This document shows, piece after piece, positions 36,846 through 45,335 of a stretch of DNA of 55,514 nt. Below the pieces are notes generated by a model. It searched no databases. It was not told the origin of the DNA and was given only the letters and a program-made list of their open reading frames with translations. Source of the stretch: a virus (taxonomy: Duplodnaviria; Caudoviricetes); the IMG/VR virus record IMGVR_UViG_3300036766_001792, positions 1-55,514 of that record, one strand, 5' to 3'. Position numbers and translations under genes: made by a program. Position 1 is the stretch's first letter, and every line of letters begins with the position of its first letter.

Positions 36846-37204
36846 TCTATCGTCACCCCTTCCGGACCCGTGTCATCGCGCACCAGCTTCTCCCTGAGCC
36901 CCGGCCTGGCCTCGAGTATACCGTTGACCACGGCCTCGAGCTGGGCGTCGTCGCGATGCCCGATGAAGAACGCGACCTTTTGGTCCGGACGCGTCGGTCC
37001 GCCGCTGACCAGGATCTCCAGCGTCGTGAAGTTGGAGAAGTCGCGGACCTTGGCCACCAGCGGGTGGCCGACGGTGTGCACCCCGACGTCGACCGTGACC
37101 GTGCCCTCGAAGTCGTCTCTCATTGTGCCTGTGCCCCCTTCTAATCGCAGGTATACACCCGAGTAAGGCCGCTTCCCCTTGTGGGGGTATACCCCGGTAG
37201 GCAT
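36842..37204 (-). CDS. Hypothetical protein
   Basis: Packed ORF. Confidence 0.55.
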   Translation of the reverse strand: MPTGVYPHKGKRPYSGVYLRLEGGTGTMRDDFEGTVTVDVGVHTVGHPLVAKVRDFSNFTTLEILVSGGPTRPDQKVAFFIGHRDDAQLEAVVNGILEARPGLREKLVRDDTGPEGVTIE

Positions 37205-37665
37205 CAGCCCTCCACCGCCCCGCGCAGCTCATCGACGTACACCGACGGCTTGCGCGCCGGGGCCTCCGTGACGCAGGCCACGAGGTCGGATTCCTTGAGC
37301 TCCTCGCGCTCGATGGCCCTGTTCACCCTCTCCACGTCCAGCTCCCACGCGGTCGCCTTGGTGATGCGCGCGAAGACCCGGTCGCCTATCTTAGACTGGA
37401 GCGCGCCGTAGTCCATGCCGGGCGTCCCGGTCGAGTACGTCACCCGGATCTGCCGGCCGACCGTAGACAGCGGTATGAACCTGCTGGCGCCCACGAGCGG
37501 AACCCGGTCGGCGTACTGCTCGACGGTGTCCCGTATCTCGCCGCGCAGCTGGGCCACGCGGGCCGACTTCGCCTTGACCTCCGCGTCCAGCGAGTCCACC
37601 TCCACCGCCCTCGCCGCCAGCGCGCGGATGACCGCCGGCGGTAGGCTCAGCTTCTCGTTCGCCAC
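37204..37665 (-). CDS. Hypothetical protein
   Basis: GGAGG RBS; N-terminal coiled coil. Confidence 0.6.
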   Translation of the reverse strand: MANEKLSLPPAVIRALAARAVEVDSLDAEVKAKSARVAQLRGEIRDTVEQYADRVPLVGASRFIPLSTVGRQIRVTYSTGTPGMDYGALQSKIGDRVFARITKATAWELDVERVNRAIEREELKESDLVACVTEAPARKPSVYVDELRGAVEG

Positions 37666-37919
37666 GATGCCTTTACCTCCTCCATCTCTTGTGCCGATAT
37701 GACCTTGAAGTCGGACGGACGCTGCGTGAACCCGCTCGGGTACAAGGACTCCGTCGGCGCCGTCAGCATAACAAGAGGCACAGCCGCCAACAGGGCGCGG
37801 AGCGCCATGGGCGTCTCGGCGTTCTTCAAGTAGTCCTCGTCTATGAAGATCTCGATGCCCTCGACCTGATAGACCTCGTCCGGCCGTTTCCTGTTCTGTA
37901 TCCAGTCCCCTACCTTCAC
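37647..37919 (-). CDS. Hypothetical protein (paralogue A)
   Basis: MKVGDWI..RKRPDEVYQVEGIE. Confidence 0.65.
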   Translation of the reverse strand: MKVGDWIQNRKRPDEVYQVEGIEIFIDEDYLKNAETPMALRALLAAVPLVMLTAPTESLYPSGFTQRPSDFKVISAQEMEEVKASWRTRS

Positions 37920-37931
37920 CGTGCGCCTCCG

Positions 37932-37944
37932 ATCATATTATACC
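37932..37944 (-). promoter_or_regulatory. Putative promoter GGTATAATATGAT
   Basis: Second exact copy of the 13-mer. Confidence 0.6.
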
Positions 37945-38213
37945 CCGCGGGGCCACCAAGCCGCCTTGAGCTTCTTCATTGCCTTGGGCGACCAGTCCGT
38001 CATGACCTCGAAGTCCCACGGCGACCGGAGCTCCCTGTCCTGATACAGCGACCCCGGTGGCGCCTTCAGCCGCAGGACCGGCATCGCCGCCAGCTGCCTG
38101 TTGCCGCCCCTCGCGAGGTATCCCTCGTCAATCTCGAGCTCGATGCTCTCGACCTGGAAGAGCTCGTCCTGCCGCTTCCGGTCCCTGGGCAGGATGTAAT
38201 CTCCTACCTTCAT
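37938..38213 (-). CDS. Hypothetical protein (paralogue B)
   Basis: MKVGDYI..RKRQDELFQVESIE. Confidence 0.65.
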   Translation of the reverse strand: MKVGDYILPRDRKRQDELFQVESIELEIDEGYLARGGNRQLAAMPVLRLKAPPGSLYQDRELRSPWDFEVMTDWSPKAMKKLKAAWWPRGV

Positions 38214-38674
38214 CGCGGCGCCTCCCAGGGGAATAGGAATCGCGCGAGCGACGCGCGCAGCGGAGACGGCAGGCGCGGGACTATGGCTTCGTTGCCGTTG
38301 TCCCAGCGGACGATGACCGTCTTGCCGAGACGCCTGGCCTTGGCCGCCACCGACAGCACGTGGCCGTCCCTCGAGCCCCACTGCAGGAAGGCGTGCACCT
38401 CGTCGCACTTGTCCACGATGTCGTTGTTCATGGCGTCGAGCGCCGCCCACTTGTCCGTGCCCCTGCCGCCCACGAGGACGAAGCGGTCCCAGTCGGGTCG
38501 GCAGGTGACGGTCTCGAGGCCCCGGGCCTCGGCCGCCCACACCGCCGTTTCCTCCACGCCCTTCGCGCCGGTCGATACCACGACCGTCCCTGTCGGGAGG
38601 TCGCGCACGTAGCCGACCACGCGCATCGAGTTTATGCCGGACTTCGGTCCCACGACAGCTATCCTAGTCATCAC
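38210..38674 (-). CDS. SLOG superfamily (YspA/DUF2493-like) protein
   Basis: RIAVVG, VVSTGAKGVE, PDWD, N..IVD.CD.V.AF. Confidence 0.75.
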   Translation of the reverse strand: MMTRIAVVGPKSGINSMRVVGYVRDLPTGTVVVSTGAKGVEETAVWAAEARGLETVTCRPDWDRFVLVGGRGTDKWAALDAMNNDIVDKCDEVHAFLQWGSRDGHVLSVAAKARRLGKTVIVRWDNGNEAIVPRLPSPLRASLARFLFPWEAPR

Positions 38675-39195
38675 AGACCTCCGCAGTTCAGACAGTAGAG
38701 GCCACCCCCCTCACGGATCAGCCGCGCGCCGCAACGCGGACACGAGTCACCCGCCTTCAGTATGCGCCCCGTCCTCACAGGGGCAACTGGTCTGAGTCTG
38801 ATCGGCTCGTCCTCCGCCGGTGGCTCGATCGACCGCGGCGGCAGCACCCACAGGCAAGTCGGGCGCCCGCCCTCGCGGAATGTCCTACCGACTATGCCGA
38901 GCGCATCCTTTGCTGCGTAGAGTGTCCTCTCGCCGAACCCCACCCCCTCGACTGCCTGTCGTATCTCCGGCAGCGGCCTCGGGCCGCCGACGAGCATCCC
39001 CACCAGTATCGTCATGACCTTGCCGACCGACGGACGCGCCCTGGCCGTCCCGTAGAGCTCGACCTCGTCGAGCGCGCAGTCTGGCAGCGCGCAATCCTCG
39101 CAGCACTTGCCGCCGTATGGGCACCCGCACGGCGCCGGGTGTCCGCACCCCGCGCATCCGGTCCTGCCCCTGTCTATCGCTTGCATCGCCACCAT
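38671..39195 (-). CDS. Cys-rich / wHTH-like hypothetical protein
   Basis: N-terminal Cys cluster; C-terminal CPRC..CLNC ribbon. Confidence 0.55.
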   Translation of the reverse strand: MVAMQAIDRGRTGCAGCGHPAPCGCPYGGKCCEDCALPDCALDEVELYGTARARPSVGKVMTILVGMLVGGPRPLPEIRQAVEGVGFGERTLYAAKDALGIVGRTFREGGRPTCLWVLPPRSIEPPAEDEPIRLRPVAPVRTGRILKAGDSCPRCGARLIREGGGLYCLNCGGL

Positions 39196-39225
39196 GGCGA
39201 TCCCCCTTTCGCTGTTTCGAATCCC

Positions 39226-39717
39226 CTACTGCAGATCAGATGCCAGGAACTTCGCCCGCTCGGGACTGAGCGCCCGAAGCCCGTCCGGGTCAGTCAGCCA
39301 CATGGCGCACGACGTGGCAAAGTCCTCTAGGTTCATATCATCTGAAAGGTATGCCCAGGGTCTCGGCTGGGTGGCGACCACCACCGCATTGAAGTCCCAG
39401 GCCTCCTTAGTATCATACCACTCCACCAAACCCGGGGTCGTCGGATTCTTGCCAGTCTCGTCGAATACTGTCCAAGCCTGATGAGCGTGGCACAGCTCGT
39501 GAGCGAGTACTTTCAGGCTCTGGTTCGGGGCCAGCACAACCTCCCCGGTTGACTCCCAGTAGAAGTTGCGCGACTCCCCACCGCCGAACGGGCAAACGCC
39601 GCTGGACGTGCAGCCCCGGTCCGACACGAACACGTGGGTCCCGATCGGGACGGTCATGCACGCCGCAGATGCGAGCGCCGCAAGCGCCAGGGCAACGACC
39701 ACCAATTTGGTCATCAT
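39226..39717 (-). CDS. Lipoprotein with HEXXH zinc metallopeptidase motif
   Basis: Signal ending LASAAC; LAHELCHA; EDFA. Confidence 0.7.
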   Translation of the reverse strand: MMTKLVVVALALAALASAACMTVPIGTHVFVSDRGCTSSGVCPFGGGESRNFYWESTGEVVLAPNQSLKVLAHELCHAHQAWTVFDETGKNPTTPGLVEWYDTKEAWDFNAVVVATQPRPWAYLSDDMNLEDFATSCAMWLTDPDGLRALSPERAKFLASDLQ

Positions 39718-39926
39718 CGAACCCCACGTCCCCCGCCGTCCGGCGGATCCATCATGTCCTGCACCAGTACGCCTGGGGTCTTCAGCAGCTGTACCAAGGG
39801 GTCGTCCGCCGCCGGAAGATGCCTGTCCGGGCTGTGCCTCGGATTGTCGCACTTCACCCGCCACGTCTCAAGCCCCGTGTCCCATACCTTGACCATGTTG
39901 CCCCCGCACGCGCACCTGCTCATCAT
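39714..39926 (-). CDS. Small Zn-ribbon-like protein
   Basis: AGGGAGG RBS; CACG..C. Confidence 0.5.
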   Translation of the reverse strand: MMSRCACGGNMVKVWDTGLETWRVKCDNPRHSPDRHLPAADDPLVQLLKTPGVLVQDMMDPPDGGGRGVR

Positions 39927-40195
39927 ATGCCTCCCTTGACCGGCGCCGCCATCAGGTCCCCGACGGCCTCGACGATGGCGCCCAGCACCTCGGCCGCGTG
40001 CTCCCGGTAGATCTCGACGCCTATCCTCGTCGGCAGGAACGAGTCCCCGCCGGCCGGGAGCCAATACTTCCTGACACTGACCGAACGCACCCCGGTCTTC
40101 GGGTTCGTCTGCGTCGAGACCCGGAGCTGCGTCGTCGGATTGATCATGAAGGTACCAAAAACACGCGCCGCTATTTTAGTCTTCTTTGCGATCAT
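39923..40195 (-). CDS. PC4/PdbP-like ssDNA-binding protein
   Basis: VSVRKYW...FLPTRIGVEI. Confidence 0.75.
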   Translation of the reverse strand: MIAKKTKIAARVFGTFMINPTTQLRVSTQTNPKTGVRSVSVRKYWLPAGGDSFLPTRIGVEIYREHAAEVLGAIVEAVGDLMAAPVKGGI

Positions 40196-40559
40196 AAGGC
40201 CAGCCTCCTCGTGCGTACGTCCGTCGGGCGTGGCAGTTAGCACATACGACCTCGCACTTCTCGACCTCAGCTTGAGCTTTCGTTAGACTTCCCCTTGTAC
40301 TTGGGGCCCAATGCTTTCGTGATGGCGGCAGATGATCAAACTCAAGCACTATCGGATCGGCCTCCCCACAGTCAACGCACGGGTGGGTCGCCTTGTACTC
40401 CCGTATCCATGCCCTAACCTGCGCCATACGCACCCGCCGCATTGCCTTGGCGTGTTCATGGTGATCCCGTTCCCAAGCCCGGGCTTTGGCGATAATCTTC
40501 TGGCGATTAGCCAAATAGTACTCATGAGCCGCCGCTGACCTCTCAATCGCATTCCTCAT
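40176..40559 (-). CDS. HNH endonuclease
   Basis: CVDCGEADPIVLEFDH...CEVVCANCH; lower GC. Confidence 0.9.
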   Translation of the reverse strand: MRNAIERSAAAHEYYLANRQKIIAKARAWERDHHEHAKAMRRVRMAQVRAWIREYKATHPCVDCGEADPIVLEFDHLPPSRKHWAPSTRGSLTKAQAEVEKCEVVCANCHARRTYARGGWPYDRKED

Positions 40560-40699
40560 CTTGCCCCCTCCGCCCACCATGTGGACGCCGTCGGCGGGTT
40601 GAGGTTCGGCGGCTCGGTGCGCGCGAACTCGCCCACCGTTATGGCGGCGACCGCAAGTGCCACCGCGATCAGAAGCTTACCGGCTCGCTTGCCAGCCAT
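40556..40699 (-). CDS. Small membrane-anchored protein
   Basis: One TM segment. Confidence 0.45.
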   Translation of the reverse strand: MAGKRAGKLLIAVALAVAAITVGEFARTEPPNLNPPTASTWWAEGAR

Positions 40700-41075
40700 A
40701 CTTCCTCCGCGGCTTGCGCCGCCCGGATGCCCGCCGCCTCGCCGGCCGGAAGTCACTGATCTTGTGCCTGCTCTTGCCGAACCCCGCCTCCTCCTCGCGC
40801 CTGAGCGTCTCCATGCACTCGTGGCACGGCGTGCCCTCGCGCAGCACCGGTACCATCATCGCGCCGGGGACCTCGTCGTCTGGCTTGTTCTTGTCGAGGT
40901 ACACCCGGACCCGCATCGCCGGGACGCCTGGTGGGCACCGCTCGTCGACCATGAACGTGTGGGCCTCGCCGCCGCCTCCGAGCACTATGCCCCTGAATGG
41001 GCACCGCCCGTTGGCGAGCCCGATGTCGGCCATCCCTACCGCCTGCTCCTCTGCCTTGCTATCTTCGTCGCCCAT
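40677..41075 (-). CDS. Hypothetical protein
   Basis: GAGGAG RBS. Confidence 0.55.
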   Translation of the reverse strand: MGDEDSKAEEQAVGMADIGLANGRCPFRGIVLGGGGEAHTFMVDERCPPGVPAMRVRVYLDKNKPDDEVPGAMMVPVLREGTPCHECMETLRREEEAGFGKSRHKISDFRPARRRASGRRKPRRKYGWQASR

Positions 41076-41077
41076 GT

Positions 41078-41230
41078 CTAGCTCCTCTGCTGCTCGTCCA
41101 GCGCCTGGAGGACCGCCATAACCAGGCGGAATCTCCCGCGCTTCTCCGGCGGTATCTGAGCCTCCAGCCTGGCGTCCTTCTCCTCGCGCAGCTGCCTCAG
41201 CCATACCGGTTCCGCATTCGGGTCAACCAT
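41078..41230 (-). CDS. Small hypothetical protein
   Basis: GGGAG RBS after TATAAT. Confidence 0.5.
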   Translation of the reverse strand: MVDPNAEPVWLRQLREEKDARLEAQIPPEKRGRFRLVMAVLQALDEQQRS

Positions 41231-41321
41231 AATCACTGTCTCCCTGCTACCTTGTCCCTTACCTACTATTATAATCGGCACTTTCGCCAAAACACGAGCG
41301 CCCTGGGACAAGAGATTCGGG

Positions 41322-41359
41322 CCTCTACCTATAATAACGCACGAACAGGCCAAACGCTA
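41322..41359 (-). promoter_or_regulatory. 38-bp repeated promoter/operator, copy 1
   Basis: 32/38 identical to 43388-43425. Confidence 0.7.
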
Positions 41360-41872
41360 TGGCCTACCTCGCGCAATATACCGGCTCCGTGCATCAGCGT
41401 CCCACTTCGTCTTTTCGAACGTCTCGACGAGGTACTGCGTGATCACCTCGACCAAGCCTGGGCCTCCGTCCGGCTTGTAGTCCTGGACGCACCCGATGAT
41501 CTCGCGGGCGTAGAACCCGCACTCGCGGACCCTCTCGGCCGCCTCGCGCGCCGGCTGCTCGCGCTCCTGCTGCTCCCTGAACAGCCTGGCCGCCTTGATC
41601 GGCTCGTAGTCCTCCATGCTGAGGATCGCGTTCTTGGCGTTGAGGACGCTGTGCAAGTAGGTCTCGACGCTCCCGTCGTGGTTGACGTACTGGACCTTGA
41701 CGTAGTGGCGCTTGGCACGGCTGCCGTAGAAGGTGCGTCGACCTTCGAAGACGTCCGGCTCCGCGACCACCGCGAAGCGCCAGTAGCCCTGCGGCGAGTA
41801 GCGCGACGGCCGCCCGTTGCACACCATGACCTCCTGCCCTACCTCGAACTCCCGTCTCGTTGTCTTAGCCAT
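41357..41872 (-). CDS. Hypothetical protein
   Basis: GAGGAG RBS; SH3/Tudor-like FEVGQEV start. Confidence 0.65.
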   Translation of the reverse strand: MAKTTRREFEVGQEVMVCNGRPSRYSPQGYWRFAVVAEPDVFEGRRTFYGSRAKRHYVKVQYVNHDGSVETYLHSVLNAKNAILSMEDYEPIKAARLFREQQEREQPAREAAERVRECGFYAREIIGCVQDYKPDGGPGLVEVITQYLVETFEKTKWDADARSRYIARGRP

Positions 41873-41957
41873 GTGCCGTCTCCTCTGCCTTCTGCCCTAT
41901 CGTGCGCCCACCAGGCGGTGGGCACGCGGAGGGGCAGTAAGCCCGCTCCGTTGTGTC
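41873..41957 (-). promoter_or_regulatory. Two-hairpin leader motif, copy 1
   Basis: GGGCTTACTGCCCCT hairpin, second hairpin, GGGCAGAAGG, RBS. Confidence 0.55.
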
Positions 41958-42998
41958 TCAGTTGACCCCCTGCCTGATGCTGACCGCCCGCACCTTGAGG
42001 GCGTCCAGGTCGGCCTGCATCCTCTCGTAGATGCCGGCCGTCGTGAGCAGCATGCTCGCCGCCTGCGACTTGATGTCCGCGCCGGCGCCTGCGAGTGTGG
42101 AGAGGAACTGCCCGTCGACCTTCGGACGGTGGAACCCGTCCTTGGTGGCCGTCGGGACGTACTTGTGGTCGACCCACGCCGTGACCGCGTTCAGCAGCCC
42201 CCAGGCCGACTCCTCGCCGTCGCCCCTGTAGAGGCTGACTATGGCGTCGACCTTCTCCTGCCGTCGCGTGTCCTCCTCGCCGGGCTTGTCCTCCTTCTGG
42301 GGGAAGAGGGCGTTCAGCAGCGGCTCGATCATCGGCAGCCCGTCCGTGTCGGCGAGCTGGTTCATGGCGATGCCGTAGAGCTTGAACGTGTCGACGCTGA
42401 TCCCCATGATCTGGCGGGCGACCGCGATCTTGCGGTTGATGTCGCCGGTGTGGGGGATGTGGACCGTGAGCTCCTTCTCGCCGTGCCAGAGCGCCGCCTG
42501 CAGGGTGTTCCAGCAGACTACCCGCTCACTCGTCGGGATGGCCCTGGCCGCCGACAAGCCGTCGTGCGTCGTCGTGAAGAGAATGAACCTCTTGCTGACG
42601 TCGCCGCGCTTGCCGATGATCATGTCCTCCGGGATCCGACACAGCGCCCAGAACGTCTGGCCGCCGCGAAGCGAACCAGCCGCCTCGTAGCCGAGCTCCT
42701 CGGTCGCCACCAGATGGTCCAGGAAGCTGATGCCGTCCGCGTTCTGGATGGGCCGGTACGCGCGCCCGACGTTGCCGAGGACCGCGCCGTCGGTCTCGCG
42801 AACGACCGCGAAGCGCCCGGGCATCTCGACGAACCTGCCGCCCAGACCCCTTGTGTACGCCTTCCGGATGCCCACCGTCCAGTCGGTGCCAGACAGCGCG
42901 CATACCTCAGCTGAGGACATCGCGCCCTTGACCACCGTGCCGAGACCGTGCCACGCCGGTTCGTCAGCGTACGCTGCCGATTCGACCTTGTGTGCCAT
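41958..42998 (-). CDS. DUF932 family (TIGR03299-like) phage/plasmid protein
   Basis: MAH..E..PAWHGLG, Y.PIQN, EAAGSLRGG, HDG, RVVCWNTL, HTG, WGLLNAVT. Confidence 0.9.
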   Translation of the reverse strand: MAHKVESAAYADEPAWHGLGTVVKGAMSSAEVCALSGTDWTVGIRKAYTRGLGGRFVEMPGRFAVVRETDGAVLGNVGRAYRPIQNADGISFLDHLVATEELGYEAAGSLRGGQTFWALCRIPEDMIIGKRGDVSKRFILFTTTHDGLSAARAIPTSERVVCWNTLQAALWHGEKELTVHIPHTGDINRKIAVARQIMGISVDTFKLYGIAMNQLADTDGLPMIEPLLNALFPQKEDKPGEEDTRRQEKVDAIVSLYRGDGEESAWGLLNAVTAWVDHKYVPTATKDGFHRPKVDGQFLSTLAGAGADIKSQAASMLLTTAGIYERMQADLDALKVRAVSIRQGVN

Positions 42999-43080
42999 TC
43001 TTGTACCTCCTCAGATACCTTCTGCCCGTTCACCCGGCGGCCGAAGCCCGGTCGCCGTGTCAAGGGGCGGAAAGCCCCTG
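42999..43080 (-). promoter_or_regulatory. Two-hairpin leader motif, copy 2
   Basis: GGGCTTTCCGCCCCT hairpin, second hairpin, GGGCAGAAGG, RBS. Confidence 0.55.
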
Positions 43081-43380
43081 CTAGCCTACCTGAACCACCC
43101 CGCCGCAGCGGGTGCAGTCCCAGTGGTGCTTGTTGCAGTGCGTGTGCACGCCGTCGGAGACGTAGCGCGGCTCGAGTCCGCCGTCGTCGCACTGGCACCA
43201 GACTGACGTCGCCCGCGCAGCCTTCGCCGACTCGCGGTCAATCACCATGGTCCTGCCCATCTTCCCTAGGCGCCTCGCCCTACGCGCGTCGAACGCCGCG
43301 TGCAGCTCGCCTTCATTCTTATATCCGAACAGCCCGTCATCTACCATCTGCCTTGTCCCTTCCGTAACCGCGACCGCCAT
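43081..43380 (-). CDS. Zn-finger hypothetical protein
   Basis: WCQC...KHHWDCTRCG..VQVG. Confidence 0.65.
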   Translation of the reverse strand: MAVAVTEGTRQMVDDGLFGYKNEGELHAAFDARRARRLGKMGRTMVIDRESAKAARATSVWCQCDDGGLEPRYVSDGVHTHCNKHHWDCTRCGGVVQVG

Positions 43381-43387
43381 CGGCGGC

Positions 43388-43425
43388 CCTCTACATACTA
43401 TAACGCACGAACTGCCGAAACGCTA
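43388..43425 (-). promoter_or_regulatory. 38-bp repeated promoter/operator, copy 2
   Basis: See 41322-41359. Confidence 0.7.
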
Positions 43426-43584
43426 CGCCGACAGCCGCTCCTGCCTCCCGCGGCCGTAACCGGCCAAGAAGGCGAGCCGCTCGTCGCGGCCCCAGAACAG
43501 GGACGCCTCGCCCCTGAGGGCCTGCCACGCGTCCTCGCACCTGCTCTTGCCGTAGTGCCTGCCTGTCTCGTAGATGTGCACCAT
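43423..43584 (-). CDS. Small protein (53 aa, below ORF-track cutoff)
   Basis: GGGAGG RBS; MVHIYETG...AFLAGYGRGRQERLSA; its TAG begins the repeat, as in copy 1. Confidence 0.6.
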   Translation of the reverse strand: MVHIYETGRHYGKSRCEDAWQALRGEASLFWGRDERLAFLAGYGRGRQERLSA

Positions 43585-43621
43585 GTCCGTACCTCCCAAC
43601 CGTGGCCGTCATGTTCGGCCC

Positions 43622-43690
43622 TTCATTATAATAATCGGCCGAACGGGTCAAACGAGAGCGGCCCGAACGGCCAAAAGCACAAAAAGATCG
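43622..43690 (-). promoter_or_regulatory. Putative strong early promoter
   Basis: T-tracts, TTGACC, then GATTATTATAAT in AT-rich intergenic DNA. Confidence 0.55.
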
Positions 43691-43695
43691 CAGAA

Positions 43696-43914
43696 TTATC
43701 GCCGGCGCCGTATCTGGCGCCTCGGAAGCGGGCCCGGGGCTCCCTCATCGCCGCCGCCCATCACGTCCAGGACCTCGCACACCAGGACCGCCTTCCCCTC
43801 GGCCGCGAGCGCCACCGCGCGCCTGTCGCGCACCGACGAGTCCTCGAACTTCTCGATCCGCATCCGCTCGTTGTCGAACGAAATGACCCTGTACTGGTAC
43901 CGCGGGGCCGTCAC
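43696..43914 (-). CDS. Small hypothetical protein
   Basis: GTGA overlap. Confidence 0.5.
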   Translation of the reverse strand: MTAPRYQYRVISFDNERMRIEKFEDSSVRDRRAVALAAEGKAVLVCEVLDVMGGGDEGAPGPLPRRQIRRRR

Positions 43915-44633
43915 GGCAGCACCTGCGACGCGACCAGGAACGACCGCCCGTCCGCCGACAGCCCGATCGGTAGGTACCCCCGCTCAATGATGCTGAGCAG
44001 CGGGAGCCACACCGCGGGGGCCTCGTCCCATGCTTCCCACAGTCCCATGACCCACACCGGCCTCAGCCACTTGTACGCCGACGCGTGCGCCGGCTCCGAG
44101 ACGTTCTGCAGGTGCCCGAACGCCAGCTGCCTCAGCATGTCATACCGGTCATCCGAGTGCTCCCTCAGCTGCCTGTTCGCGTCGTCGTACCTGGCGTGCC
44201 ACGCCGGGTGCAGCGGCTGCTCGAACCACCTGTCGAGCGGGACCCACGCCACGCGCCCGCCGACCGGCTCCTGCTCGGTGGCCGACCGCGGGATCGGCGA
44301 CGTCTCGGCCATGGCCTTGAGGTGCGCCCTCGCGGCTGCGGAGCACGCCTTCAGCGGCGACTCGACCGGATAGAACATCCTGGCCGACCACACCCTCCAG
44401 AACGCCTGCGCGGTCGCGCGCGCTGGCCATTCTCCCAGCCCCTCGTCTCGGCTCACCGCCTCGAGCCACTTCCAGAGGACGTTCCGCCTGGTCCCGTCCT
44501 GGTATGTCTCGGTCTCCTTGAGGATCTGGGCGAAGCACGTCTGCGTCCATACCTGCAGACTGGACGAGCGCAGGTCCACGCCTAGGCCCTGCGCCACGGA
44601 GATCAGGTGTCCCCTCTCGGTCTCGAACGCCAT
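43911..44633 (-). CDS. Hypothetical Trp-rich protein
   Basis: AGGGGG RBS. Confidence 0.65.
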   Translation of the reverse strand: MAFETERGHLISVAQGLGVDLRSSSLQVWTQTCFAQILKETETYQDGTRRNVLWKWLEAVSRDEGLGEWPARATAQAFWRVWSARMFYPVESPLKACSAAARAHLKAMAETSPIPRSATEQEPVGGRVAWVPLDRWFEQPLHPAWHARYDDANRQLREHSDDRYDMLRQLAFGHLQNVSEPAHASAYKWLRPVWVMGLWEAWDEAPAVWLPLLSIIERGYLPIGLSADGRSFLVASQVLP

Positions 44634-44642
44634 CCAATCCCC

Positions 44643-45335
44643 CTACGCCAGCGTCGGCCTGTGCGATACTACGAAGACGTTCCCTGGCGTTACCCCGCAC
44701 GGCCAGAACCCCATGAACACCACCTCAAGAAGATGGCCCCAACCGGAGTCCTCCTCGACCGCCATGTCCCACAGCGCGCGCTGCGCTATGAGCCTCACGT
44801 CCTGAAGCGCCAACCGACCGATCCTGTCCATGTCCGCGCGCCTCGAAGCTACCACGGCCGTGAGGATGTCGTCGAGCCTCTGGAGGTACGTGTTGCCCTC
44901 CGCCTGCGCGCCCATCGACTGCCGCGCCTGCACGTGCCGCGCCTGCCAGGCGCCGCCAAGCATCCTCGGCGGCTCCCAGAGTATCCTGTCTACCCCCTCC
45001 AGCTCCATGCCCTGCTTCCCGGCCCACTCCATGATCGGCCCGGCCACGCCCGCGAGTGGCTTGTTCGGGACGAAGAGCTCCATGGTCCCGAGGGTATCGA
45101 GTGCGCGCGCGATCCGCTCCCCACCCACCGGGTAGGCGGAGAAGAAGTCCGTGAGCATCGCCAGCCGCTGCTTTTCCGGCAGCCGGCGCATGTCTTCTAC
45201 GACGTTGTTCCAGCAGCACATCTGGGCGACGCGCTGCGCCTTCTTGTCCCCGTGCCTCCAGGCGGCGGCTAGCCAGGCCTCCCTAGCGGCATGTGCGTCG
45301 AACGGCCGCGCCGAATTAACGTCCAAGGCGCTCAC
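44643..45335 (-). CDS. Hypothetical protein
   Basis: C-terminus similar to that of the neighbouring gene. Confidence 0.6.
   Translation of the reverse strand: MSALDVNSARPFDAHAAREAWLAAAWRHGDKKAQRVAQMCCWNNVVEDMRRLPEKQRLAMLTDFFSAYPVGGERIARALDTLGTMELFVPNKPLAGVAGPIMEWAGKQGMELEGVDRILWEPPRMLGGAWQARHVQARQSMGAQAEGNTYLQRLDDILTAVVASRRADMDRIGRLALQDVRLIAQRALWDMAVEEDSGWGHLLEVVFMGFWPCGVTPGNVFVVSHRPTLA

Noticed and set aside
43058-43063. Perfect TTGACA on the minus strand
   Set aside because: No -10 at proper spacing; it lies at a hairpin junction.
43391-43651. 86-aa ORF from the track
   Set aside because: Runs through both promoter elements; the 43423-43584 frame has a better RBS and fit.
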